Shown here: positions 1 through 12,236 of the stretch, piece by piece | Layout of the letters: every line of letters begins with the position of its first letter | Position numbering within the stretch: the stretch's first letter is position 1 | Origin: Klebsormidium nitens | Taxonomy: Eukaryota; Plantae; Klebsormidiophyceae | Direction: 5' to 3' | DNA: 64,000 nt | Assembly (NCBI GenBank): GCA_000708835.1 | Contig: DF237093.1 | Coordinates: 1 to 64,000 of the forward strand | The notes under the pieces: generated by a model | The model's database searches: none | What the model saw: the letters and a program-made list of their open reading frames with translations, nothing else | What the model was told of the DNA's origin: nothing | Program-made: the position numbers and the translations under genes

Positions 1-554
1 GGTAGACCCTACAAGAGCACGACCTTCAAAATTGATCCGGACGCGGTCCCCGCGGTCGCGCGAACTTTCACTCTATGATAACTTGTCGCACCGTAGACTG
101 CGGACCTGCTGCCAACACTTGGCGAAATTCCGTCGGGTTGTCGCAAATTCCAGTCTGCATTCCAGACCTGTAAGGAGTACCCCATTCCCCGGGCAGGCCA
201 GGCAGACCATAGCATGACTGTTTTAGGCGACAAGAGTCTGCCCGGTTGACTGGGCAGGCGCAGCAGTCAACCGTGCACCCGTTGAGCCTGGGAAGGTCCC
301 CGGCGGAGACTTGATCAGCCGGGCAGACTCATGTCGCCTAAAGCAGTCATGCTATGGTCTGCCTGGCCTGCCAGGGGAATGGGTTACTCCTTACAGGTCT
401 GGAATGCAGACTGGAATTCCGACGGAATTTCGCCGAGTGTTGGCAGCAGGTCGGCAGTCTACGGTGCGACAAGTTTTCATAGAGTGAAAGTTCGCGCGAC
501 CGCGGGGACCGCGTCCGGATCAATTTTGAAGGTCGTGCTCTTGTAGGGTCTACC
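1..554. repeat. Long inverted repeat (foldback): arms 1-249 and 315-554, 65-nt spacer; probably extends left of the window
   Basis: The reverse complement of 315-554 matches 1-249. The first 78 nt are perfect, with about 8 substitutions and one 9-nt indel (gttgtcgca) overall. The ORF track shows near-identical peptides at 9..233(-) and 331..546(+). Confidence 0.95.
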
Positions 555-1534
555 AAGAAGGGGGTCTTGCAAGGGTCTTGCAAGACGTGCTGTAGAACCG
601 TCCCCGAAACGGCGTCCTTCTGCGCAAAATGCACCGGCGGATACAGTTTCGAACGGGTTTGAGGAGCCTAAGACCGGCAGCCGTCGGCGTTGGTCAGCAG
701 GATCTGTATATGCTGCGGTCAGGGTCACATACGCGATCAGGAAACTAGGTATATGCATATTATATTGCATTGGAATTGCCGGTGACAGGCAAATGATGCA
801 GCAGGCTGCAGGCCACACCTTCCCCTGTGCAGCCATGAAGGGGACCAGAGAATGCAGCACTCCTATGCACACATCGAAGCTGTCAGGTGCAAAGCACCTT
901 TTCTGGCTGCTTCTCACCTGTCCGTTTCAGAAAGTCGCACGTGTTTTCATAGGCCTGGCTGCAGTCCATTTGTGCTTCCCTCCGTGGGTGGAAGCAAGGG
1001 AGCTGCAGGGTTGTTGATGGGTTCTCGCACTGTGCAGGCGGCGTCCTTCTTTGCTAGAAGGTGAGAATAGATGCTGGGTGACGATGTCAAAGTGAAGCAT
1101 AAGCAAATGTTTCATGAAAGAGCGAGGGAAACAAGTTTGCATGGAAGAAGTTCCTTCGAGCGGAAAATGAATTGCACGTACAGCATTTCTGGTTCGTAAC
1201 CATCTATTGGATCTTCTTTTCCAGAAACGGTCCAGGTATTAGGAGCCTCCGTCCTCCTATCCGGTCTGGTTTCAGACCAGACCCACCAAGTGAGCATTCC
1301 TTTTTTCTTTCTTGCCTTACTCCCAACATATCAAGCAGATTCCTCTGTGAATGGGACTTGGAATGAATGAAATCATAAGCTGTGGCGTCGTGCTTTGTGA
1401 TACTGCAAGCGCTGTGTGATTACTAGCAATGATGCATCCGCAACTTCTTCAATGCTGTAGTAAGCAACGGGCACTGTTTGATCGACGCTTCTCCTCCAGC
1501 TCCCTCAAAAAGGAAGCGCGCGCCAACTGGCATC

Positions 1535-2908
1535 ATGACTTGGGAGGTCTTCAAGCTGGAGAAGCAGTACACGTTCTATGGGTCTTTCCACCAGCACCAA
1601 TACAACAAGGCAATCCACGTGGTCTTTGTGTGGCCCATCCTGTTTACGGCCTTTGTTCTGCTGGCGGGAATCCCTGCCTCACTTCCACAGCCTGGGTTCA
1701 TCCAGTCCATGCCTTTGCATCAGTACCTGCAACTCAATCTGGCGCTGGCTTCCGCGGTGAGTTGCTTCTGTCACTTCATTGAATCTACTTTCGAATGGAC
1801 CATAAGTAGACAGTTGGCTGGTCGCCAGATGATGAATACCTTTAATTTCTTCATTTCAATCTTGCAGTGGCCTCATTACTCTTTGGTTCGCACAGCTTCC
1901 TTTCCGCACTGTTGGATTTCACAAGTTTGTGACACATCGTTATGGTTCATTTGCAGGCCAATTATGCAATCTATTACATCATATTGGACCAGAAGCTTGG
2001 CCTCATTGCAGCAGCCATGAGTCTCGCCTGCGGGGTTGGTGCGAATGCATTTGTCATGAACCTAGGCTGGAGCCTAGCGTGGAAGGTGGGCCAACAATCT
2101 CTAAGCTCAATGCATTGATTCTTGTGAAAGGTTTACAACTCTGAGAAGTTGCTAAAGTTCTGAGTCATCTCTTGTTGCCTGTCTCCCGCAACCCAGGAGT
2201 TGGCCTCTTCTCAAATATATTGCACTATGATAGCCTGGTAAGGCAGTCATCTTGGGCCTTGTGAAAGACCTGAACTATTCCTGGAGTCCAGCCCCCATAT
2301 CACGCCGTAGACCTACCATTGGTCTCTTAACCCATACCAGATAAGCAATGCTTCCTCCGTGAAAATTAACGTGCCATCTTTGAAGGTTTGCCTTTGCGTA
2401 CAGTTTGCCATGGCGGTCCAAATCATCAGCTGGGGGGCTCAGTTCTTGGGCCATGGCGTCTTTGAGGTAAGCCAGAAAAACCATCTCGTCTTCGGGGATC
2501 CCTCCACAGTCGTTTGCCATTCTACCCATCTCTTCTTTGCCTCGACTCCAAATTCCATTTCACCAATACTCAGGTGGCTCCTTATCCTGGTCAGCCTTCA
2601 TACGAGACAAGTTTTATGTACCCCTCATGCAAAAGCAGACTGTCGACTTTCTGTTTTACTCACTAAACGACCTGCAAACAACCAGGAACGCGTGCAGCCC
2701 TTTGAGAAGCAGCCTGTATCTTTTGCAGGGCAAGCGGCCCGCGCTCGTGGACAATCTGATTCAGTCTATCATGATGGCCCCCTACTTCGTCCTCCTCGAG
2801 TCAGTTGAACCTCTCTTTGGTTACGAGCCAAGCCCAGGCTTCTCTCAGCGGGTGCATGCAGCCCTTGAGGCAAAGAACCAGGCAGAGAGGGAGCAACGAG
2901 AGAGGTGA
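1535..2908 (+). CDS. Mpo1/DUF962-family membrane protein (2-hydroxy fatty acid dioxygenase-like), 4 exons
   Basis: Exons 1535-1756, 1957-2085, 2404-2466, 2729-2908 join in frame via GT-AG. Motifs FYGSFHQHQYNKAIHVVFVWP, WGAQFLGHGVFE and KRPALVDNLIQSIMMAPYFVLLE are typical of the family. Confidence 0.9.
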
Positions 2909-4360
2909 GCTTCACGCTTAAGCTCGCTTCCTGAGTGCTGTACGATAGGAGGTGTGATCAGGAACTCGCATGGCTCATGCAGTGTTCGATCACAAGAAGT
3001 TGGTGGACTGGAAATGTTCGGGCTAGTTTCAATCTGGTTTATTGAGTCGTTAGAGTGTTTGCAAGTGGTCAAACCAACGTTACCTTGTGCCGTGCCTTTC
3101 TATGGTAGGGGGAAACGTCTTAACAGCAACAGAAGCCGCACTACAGTCAGGAAGCGGGTGCCTTTCCAGTCTCTCTTGCAAATCTTTGCAGTGGACGTTC
3201 GTTTAGCTCTCATGAAGACATTCACTTGGCTCAGTTGTGCTCGTCTTGGTTTTCTGCAATCGTCTGAAAGCGAAGGCAGTCGCTTACCCTGTATACTGCT
3301 GTTGCAGACTGGTTTCTTGAGTGGACACCTTGACTACTTATACATCTTGTAGATAGTCTCAGGAAGTTTGCTTGTATATAAACTCATTATATTAGCACGC
3401 GGAACCGTTTCACAGAAGGTCATAGAAGTCAGTGATCGCCGGCTGTTGACAGACTTGTATAGTGGACAGTAATGAGTGAGCTTTCGGCAGTTGTTCCCAG
3501 CAAATTTTGAGTTTCTGATTTAGGTTTGCTGGGAAAGTGCTCTTCAAGCTGGCTGTACAATCAGAGCAGCAAAATACGTTATGCATATATAGTTCCGTTG
3601 ATTCGAGTAACTTTTTCTCCGGGAACATGCGTCCTTCATGCACTCAAAAGTTGTGCCATGAATTGCCCGCCAGTCTAACCACTTCTAGACCCAGCCTACG
3701 GTGTTATAGGCACTTCAGTGCCAGTTCGCAGACATTTGCGAACCCTCGTGCAGCTAGCCTATATGTGTGTACGTACCTTCATGCATCAATGCCCCTGAAT
3801 ATGCAAGTGCTTTGTTGATTCAGGGCTCGCAAGTGAATCCATGTTTCAATCCAGCTTAAGATGCAGGAATTTCCTCGAATGCAACCATACCAATCATGCA
3901 CACAGCTTCGAGGCCGGGGCCATGCATGCCGTCGCGCAATGTAAATATCTGGGGTACTTTGAGAGAAACGCTTTCGGAATGTGCAAAGCGAATGTTGAAA
4001 GGTATACGAAAGTCGATTCTAGCTTGTACTTTTACATGTGCCTTCGAAGAACAAGGGTTGCAACCCCTTGCGACATGCGCATGGGATGACAATCGCTATC
4101 TGACCTATGCGCTCACATTGTACAAATGTGCAGTGACGGGTCCATACAAAATTGCAGCCGAACCAGAAAACCTGCTCAGGAAGTTCGTCCCTCCCGATTC
4201 AAACTGCGATGGCGCTGCAATGCAAGAGTGCCACTATGTACACCTATCAAACACGGACAAACACACTGCTACGTTACTCAAAACTGGGTTATTGGGAGTG
4301 AGCAGAACTAAGGGATTAGCGACTGACGGTTTGCTGTGTTTTGAGTGACGTATCCGCAAG

Positions 4361-7300
4361 TCAGGAACTTGCTGTTGGTGTTAGGAACTTCAGAATCTCC
4401 TCGCTAACTCGTTCTGGTTCGTCCCAGTAGACCCAGTGAGACGCCTGCATCAAATCCATCCGGTAATCTGAGGCTCACGCTTCCGTTCTGTATTCTCGGG
4501 CAAGCAAGTGTCCACTTCAGTCCTCTTTTTTGAGTGTCGGATACCGATTGGCTCGAGAGAAACTTTCGCGTAGTTGAGCAACGACTCAAAAGGTGGTGGC
4601 GTCAAGTCATGCGGGTCGGAAGCACTTCATTTGCGAAAACGGGGTCAAAACCAAAGTAGTTCGCATGTCGAAACAGAACGATCGAAGCGCAACTAGAAAC
4701 GCTGCTTGGGGGAAGCGGCAGACACCAAATCTTATGTGCAGAAGTGCTAAACCGCAAACGAACCAGATTGTGCGTGACGCGCCACAAAGGAAAAGCACTC
4801 GGCTTCGAATGCGTCTAACCCAACACAACTGTAGGGCTCAGCAGCACTTCTGTGGAAGGGTCGACTAGACGAGGCAAGGACGAAGACGCCCCTCAGGACC
4901 TAGGCAATGATACAGCGACAGCGCCAAAACAGCGCTTCACTGGATGATTGAAAGTATTGTTCGGGATTCACTCTTCGCCGTCCTGAGCTGCATAGCATAG
5001 TGCCAGCCTCTCGGAAGCTCTAACACAACCGTTTCGTAGCAAACGAAGAAAGTGGTGAGAGTATCAGATCAAATTGCGTGTCACCCAGTCGTTCTGCGGG
5101 ACAACTGAAAAAGCGACCGACAATCGAAAATCGACGAGCGAAAGAAAAGAACCGCACTGACTTTCGGAATGAAGACGACTTCCTGGTTGGGCACCCGGTT
5201 CTTGGGGGGCTCCGCGAGCTCCTTGCCCATGGCCGTGTCGTCCTCCCCCCAGATGACCTTCACCGGCTGCCGGATCTCCTTCCGGGGCCTCGTCCACAAG
5301 CCCTTGCTGAGAGCCCGGTAGTAGTTCAGCCCGCCGGTGAGAGCGCCGGGCAGTGCCTGGGCGTCGACGTGCCTGCAGAACGCGAAGAGGGGGATTGATC
5401 ACGAGACCGGGTGATCGGGTGTGCTCACCGGAACAGAAAGTTGACCTTCATCCGTTTGGATTTGCACAAGTGTTCTTGAAGTGCATTCTGGTCGCAGAGG
5501 ATCGACTAGGATGTCAATACAGACATTGTTTCGTATTAGCGATGGTATGCTAATCTTCGAGATGGGTATGGCAAACGCGTCCTGTCAACGGCCTGCTGAT
5601 GACACTGCCAGTGTATACCTCTACCTACATGGAAGGTTTAACCTCGGGATGAGTTTCGAATGACTCACCGTTTGGTAAAATCGGCCGTCTGAACCTTTGT
5701 GCCCTTGAAGACCGCCTTCAACCATGAATAGCTGCGGCGAGGGCAGAAAGTAGGAATTCAAGCTGGATCCTTTTGCAATCCATTTTGAGTCTTCGAGAAT
5801 TGATTTATACCGATCATCAGCAGGCTATCAGCTGGTTGCCAACCGAAGCGCCGAACAGACACAAAGAGAGATTGCCTTGCAAGCTGGACTGCTGGTCCTT
5901 GTTCTCAACTTGGTGATCTGAACGAGCATGGTGCACCTTCAAATCTCGCGGGCAACAGATAAACAACTGCTAAGTAGAAGGTACGGAGAAACGACCCGGT
6001 TGGTAAACCACGTACTTGTTGAAGCTGAGCAGCCACTCAGGCAGCCACGGGTACCCGAACAGGACTGCACAAAAGAATGACAGAACAATAACATTACACA
6101 CCTTCGAAGCAGATTTCAAGACCAGCAAGCCGTTCAAGCTTTTTTGAACATGAATTCAAGGCTGCTGTTGGATAAGATGGACATGACATATCTTAACTGC
6201 TTCCCTAAGATTTCTTCATCGCAATCCACGGAACCAACTCGAATTGCCAAAAAGTCAGGCACCTGTGTGTCTCCGAGATGTGCGCCAGGTCAGAAGTAAA
6301 ACTTATTATCCACGTAGAAGAGAGAGTGAAGGTGGCTCACACATATACCAGCTCCGAAAAATCTGCCTCAAGTTGCCCCCCCTGAGCGCCTTGCCAAAAA
6401 CGGTGGGGTGCGGGATGTTGAGCTGGATTAATTTGATCACCAGCTCGGGGTACGTCTCAGTGAACATCCAAGCCACTAAGCCCCCCCAGTCGTGAGCCAC
6501 CTGGTACGCGACATCGTGGTGAGGACTACAGCAGGAGGGAGGCGCTCAGGTTTGGAGTCCCAAAGCTCTTCAGAGACCATCAGTGGCATGTATACATTCG
6601 TGTTTCGAAGCATCGAGGAGAATTTGGTTCGAATCTAGCCTAAGAAGAGGGAAAATGCTTCTCGAGTTCGACGTCCTGAAAGGATAGCCGTGGTGGTGCG
6701 CATTTTACGGCGTTCGAAAAGGAAGGCGACTTGATCCAATCATGTCCATGTTTGAATCCACTGGTCCCTGGAAGCCTGTTGTGAAGGTCGTTTCTTGTTG
6801 AGAGCGTAATCGAATGAGTCTGCTCAATAACGATCCGTGCAGATGGATTACGTTCGTGCTTACCACATGGACTGGCTTGCCCGCTCCCAGGGCCTGCACC
6901 ACCTCTCTGACGTCGGACATGATGTAATCCGCCCCGTACTCCTCAACCTTCTGCGGCTTGTCTGAGAAGTTGTACCCTGCAGCGTATAAGTTAGATGGAC
7001 TTTTCAGCAGCCGAAAAGTCAGGTTTGGGGCCACAAAACAAGCCCCTCCAAGCATTGGGCTTTTTTGGTCATGTGCTTTTTCTTCATCTCAGACTGTGAA
7101 ACCGTCCCTATTTGATAGCAACAAGAGCGTAAAGCCGTAGGCTTGGCAGGAAAATTGTAGAGTCTCTGTAGGCTTGCCTAACATGTCATGATTGAGCTAT
7201 AGTCGTTGATGCTCCATTCAAGCAAGAGAATTCTTTTCTCATTCATGAGTGTATCTGAAAGCGGCTCACCTCGAAGGTCCATGGCAATTACATGAAATCC

Positions 7301-8008
7301 AGCATCTGCAAGCGCCTTCAACTGAAAAGCCCAGCTGAACCAGAACTCCGGCCATCCTGGAAAGGGGAAGAGAAAAAACCTTCTGAACATAAGGTCTAGC
7401 CTTGAGAGACATTGTGACGGAATGCTGCAAGTCTTGACCTTTGAATCACCTAGCATTACAGTCTCGTTCTGAGCTGTTTGAGGATTCAGCATAAAGATTG
7501 TGCCAGTGCTATTCTGTGCTCAGGAAGGTAGGACAAAATTTGAGAATACTAAGACAATTCAAACTCTTAAACCTCTGCTGACCATGTGATAGGTCAAGAT
7601 GAGGTGGCAAGCTTCAGAGAATTAACTCGATTCATAACATGAGGTATGTCAGACAGAAGGGAAGAACTGTCGACACCAAAAATGATTCTCATCACCACAT
7701 TTATCCATTCTTTCGACCATCTGAAGTGTGTGGAAGTTGCTACCATTTGTGAGGAACGCTTGTCTTGCTTTCTGTATTGTTTGATAATCAGATTGTGAAT
7801 TAGCAACTTCCTCCAAAATCTACACCTCTAGTGGGTTAACTTTCTGTGGCGAAATACACTCACCATGGAGCAGCAAGACAGGCTGCCCAGGGGGCTTTCC
7901 TGTCTCGACATAGTGAATCTTCACTCCCTTGTTTTCCAAGTAGTGATGGACAACTGTGGCTCCCTCCACCTGCTCGGTTGCACCTTCGGCGGGGTACTCA
8001 CTGGCCAT
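4361..8008 (-). CDS. Epoxide hydrolase-type alpha/beta hydrolase, multi-exon
   Basis: Spliced motifs: HGWPEFWFSW (oxyanion HGxP), DLRGYNFSDKP, AHDWGG (nucleophile Asp), GLNYYRA, WGEDD, and last exon 4361-4444 ASHWVYWDEPERV (catalytic His). Internal exon borders are partly approximate. Confidence 0.9.
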
Positions 8009-8733
8009 GTCTGCAGCCAGTGCTAGGTTTCACGAAGCTGCATGTTTGAGAAAATGAAGAGGTCCTGGGAAGGCAGCAACACTTTACGCTTTGTTCAACA
8101 AGATTTCTTGCACGCATGGGGGGTTTGACTTAGGGGGTATCCCGTCAGGTGCAGCATTGTCGGAAGTCATCAAGAATTGGAGTGGCGCAGATGCCCAAAG
8201 CTGAAGAGGGCAGTTCGGCAGCATTTGATTTTAAAAGGTTCAAGATCTCTAGGGCTGCATCAATTGATGCAAGAGGCAGGTGCGCACGTCTGGTGATTGT
8301 GGCTGCTGTTAATTTACGGGGAACTTCGTACGTCAGCTTCCAAGGATGTTAGGAATAAGCAAAACCCTTTCAGCACGTTCAGAGCCCAGTTCAGAGCCCA
8401 GTTGATCTGCTTCAGAACAGTGCAATCTCGATGCTCGATTGCAGTGGCCAATGCAGAAAAGAGCTGCACAAGGATCAAGACTTACTGGAGGTGGAAGAAT
8501 TTACGAATCAGGTGCCAACAACCAGGTCCCCCTGCACACCCTTACGCACTACTCTTCTCCTGAGCTGCTGCCTCCGCTTCACTCTCACCCACGGCTCTTC
8601 TGGTCGGCCTTTCTTCGAATTGCGGTGTTCACCTGGTGTTCAATGAACAGCTCGGCTGCATCATGCATCATGGTAGGGACAGGCGCAAACAAAGAAAGTG
8701 TGAATCCTCCTTCGTTTGTCTGCATTGATTGAA

Positions 8734-8856
8734 CCAATCCTGGGCGCGATCGATAATCACGTGGCTAGTCGCCAAATCAGCATCAGAGTGACGTCACAAG
8801 AGGTCTTTTAACGATTCCTTGTCTGACACGTTGGAAGGAGAAATTTTAGCGGGAAA
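8734..8856. promoter_or_regulatory. Cis-element cluster in the divergent epoxide hydrolase/NAA40 intergenic region
   Basis: CCAAT 8734-8738, G-box CACGTG 8758-8763, TGACGTCA 8789-8796, canonical E2F site (TTTCCCGC on minus strand) 8849-8856. Function is untested. Confidence 0.45.
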
Positions 8857-9247
8857 CAACTCAAATTTGCAAAGCCAGCCTCAGGCTCAGGCTCACTAGG
8901 GAGCCGACATGTGCATTTTGCCAGAGTGGTCTGCAGGCTGGAAGGATCCTAGAGTCCTGTACCGGTATGTAGTCTGTAGATGCTGAACTTCTAGATGCAG
9001 TCTACGTAGAATGCCGGAAGTGGGGAAAAGAAACTTGTTTGAACGGCGTGGGGAGTGGTCGCCTTTGGTTCTGATCAAGTTTGAATGGATAAAGATTGTT
9101 GACGTTGACTCCGGCGCACTTTAATTCCAGTCCCTGTAGATACATCAAGAATACGAACAAGGAGAAGACACTTAAGGAACAGGTTTCGGCTATGGCAACC
9201 GGTCGATAATTTCAAACTCGAGTAAGGCCAGAGCCATCCTGCTCAGA

Positions 9248-12116
9248 ATGCCTGCCTCAAAGCGTATCACGGCGGAAGCAGCAGGCATGAAGGCCACCAC
9301 TAACCAGGCGGCAGGCATTGAATCATCAGGCGTGCCCAATAAAAAGCTCACAGGCAAAGAAAAGAAGCTGAAACGAAAGGAGGTGCGCATATGAAGAACC
9401 TTAAGACCTGACCACAACATCACATTACAAGCGCATAAAAGCAGTATGAACTGAACCTTCTGCGATTACTCACAGCAAAGTTGCGTCGGAAAAGCCTTTG
9501 CTCGAACGAGCTTTTCATATTCTTACTCCCCTGTTGACCCATGCAGACGTTATTGACCTCACGAACATTACTGCACTTTTCCAACTGATTCATTTGTTTT
9601 GTTGCAGGAGGTAGCAAAAGCCAAGGCCAGGGAGGAGACCGTCCGGCAAGCGTACTCGCGGGGCAGCATACTTGCCGAGTTCCAACCGTTCAGGAAGTTT
9701 GAGCGAAATGGTGAGGTACCTTTTTCTTGTTCTCTGAAAAATCACAACTCCCCAGACAACAAATTGGGCCGCGGTATATTGCGGCCTGCAAGAGCATGGT
9801 ATCAAAAAAGTTCCATGGTGCGCACGCCTACTCTTGAATAAAGTGTGTGATTGTTTATCAGGCAGTACTCTGTTTAGCTTGCATGGTAGTATACCTGAAG
9901 TTTTTTCACTTTCGATGTGCTTGCGTTTCTTGTGTTGCCTGTTCATTTGACAAATTCTTTCAGTACTACATGGAGAGAAGAAGATCCTGGAGTCTGATGA
10001 AATCTTTATCGTTGGTATTCTTTATAACAATGATAAATGTTATGAGCAGATGCTGAGCATGCTTATGAAACTGAGCTTATTTGTGCCCTCTCGTGTTCAC
10101 CAGGGCTTTCCATTACATTGGAGGAGAGGAGGGCCGAGGAGCTTACTGCAGTGGAGACGCAGTTTGTTGAGCGCCTACTTGAGGTAGGCCAGTGCTCTGA
10201 AGGTCGAGACACTGTACTCACCACGATTGGAATGTATTGTGGCATTGGACAATCTGTTTAGAGTCCCCTGTCAGGGTTTTATGTCGTGAGCAGTACTCAT
10301 AAATTCACAAGCTGTACTAGTACTCCCTTGCTATCTTCATATTAGCGATCTCGTACCATCTCTCAGAACACTGTACAAATACGGTCCATAAGCTATCATG
10401 GAGGTTTGAAGCCCTTCTACATCTGCTTGGTGCAGTCGAACATGAAGAAGATCTATGGTGACAATTGGCCGAGCCAAGCGGCGACGAGGCGACAACAGAT
10501 GGCGGAGCCGGATGCACTATATCTGTTCCTTCACGACAGCGCCACCTCCTGCGATGCTTCCAGCGAGGATCCTTCCACAACAGGGTCTGGTATGCTCCTA
10601 CTTCTTTTCCTCATCGACAGGCAATTCTTTTCATCACGTCCATATTGAGCCCGATGTGCCTGCTGATAAGCTTCAGATCCTAAGATAGAGAACGGGCGCA
10701 AAGAAGTTAGCATAGTCGAGATAGAAACGTAAGGCTTGTTCCAAACTTCTGTCTGTAAATGTGATTGTTTCTCCTTCAAAACGTTGGGGTGCATCAGCAA
10801 TGGCCATGCTCGGTTCTCGTCCTTACTGCTCTTTGTGCAGAGTTCATTTTTGTATGGAGCCCTGTCTTATCGTTAATTCCTTACCCCGCGCAGAGGATCT
10901 TGTTGGGTTTGTGCACCTGCGCTTTGTTATCGAGGAGGACGTGCCCGTCTTGTACGTGTATGAGCTGCAACTGGGAGACAAGGTGCAGCGGCATGGGTTG
11001 GGCAAGTTTTTGATGCAGCTCATGGAGCTAATCGCTAGAAAGGTGCGTTGGCCCTGTTCCATCCGGCTCATAATTTTGAACTTGCCGCAGTTGTCGAGCT
11101 TCTGTTCTTCGTCATCATGGGCAAATTGACAGTTTTCTAGGCTGCCCCTGCATTGTTCCATGCGTTCAATCAAACGTCCACCTATTGCAGAAGGAGTTCG
11201 ACTTTTATCCCACACCGCGCATGCTTTGCACGATTTGTGCACTGCGATTATTGCAATCATCATATCGAAGCTCTGAGCATGTGGCCAGTTTGATTGGTTT
11301 CTGAGATGGGCATCTTAAGCCACAGTTTGAGGGCATAATTGACTGCAGATTGAAACAGATCCTAGTCAGACCCTGAATCGACTTCGAGCATCGACCTTCC
11401 TGGCTGATTAAGACGAAACAAGCTCGGCCAAGGAGGAGACCGTCCTTAGAATCTTCATGACTGAAGAAGCGTGTCCGGCTTGCTTTCTCTTGCAGAGCAG
11501 CATGAAGGGCGTCATGCTGACGGTCCAGAAACGGAACAAGGGCGCGCTGGACTTCTACCTCAACAGAATGAAGTACATAGTGGATCCCATCTCGCCCAGC
11601 AAGTCACACCCGCTGGCCCAACCCGAGGACTACGACTACGAGATTCTCTCCAAGGTGAAAACCTTCTTCTAAAGCTATGCGCGGAGTAGGAAGGTCTGCG
11701 CCCAACCCTCGGAGTGCTCTTTCAAAATCACTTTGTTGGTTGGATTGAACCGGCCTCATACGGGAGGATAAATAAGTGACGGCCAGCCCTCTTTTTTGAG
11801 AGGGCTCAGAGGTCGGTGTTAAAAAGCACCCATTCCCTCCTTACCTCTGGATTGCTTCTCATCCTAAGATCGGCACTTTCGAGATAAGTATGGAGGACAT
11901 GCCCAAGCGAAAGCTGAACGAGGTTTGAAACTTGGAATCGAATCACGTGGATCTAAAGAGGAGAAACCATGATACTGAATGTAGTGGAGAGTCCGCTCAT
12001 CAACCTCACCGGCGCCATTGACGATGCTCATGCAGATCCATGATCCAGAAACGAAGCAGCACTTGGAGGAGCGATGCAAGCTGGCGCAAGCAGCCTGGCT
12101 CAGCGAAGGCTATTAG
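9248..12116 (+). CDS. NAA40: N-alpha-acetyltransferase 40 (NatD, histone H4/H2A N-terminal acetyltransferase)
   Basis: Exons encode AEFQPFRKFERNG, SNMKKIYGDNW, VGFVHLRFVIEEDVPVLYVYELQL..VQRHGLGKFLMQLMELIARK, VMLTVQKRNKGALDFY and YEILSK. The last exon 12036-12116 ends ...LSEGY*. Confidence 0.88.
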
Positions 12117-12236
12117 CAGCCCTGAGATATAACCGTTGAAAGTGGAGCGAGGTTGGGTTTCGACATGCACAGTCAAGCCGTACCCTCCTTGCGGGACTGA
12201 AAGACGCTGCTTTGATTGATATTCGAGTTGTTCAGG

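Noticed and set aside
8377-8403. 12-bp tandem duplication (gttcagagccca)x2
   Set aside because: A small slippage-type duplication with no sign of function.
11786-11807. 8-bp stem with T-rich loop resembling a bacterial terminator
   Set aside because: It lies in a eukaryotic intron (NAA40), the T-run is in the loop rather than after the stem, and such stems are expected by chance.
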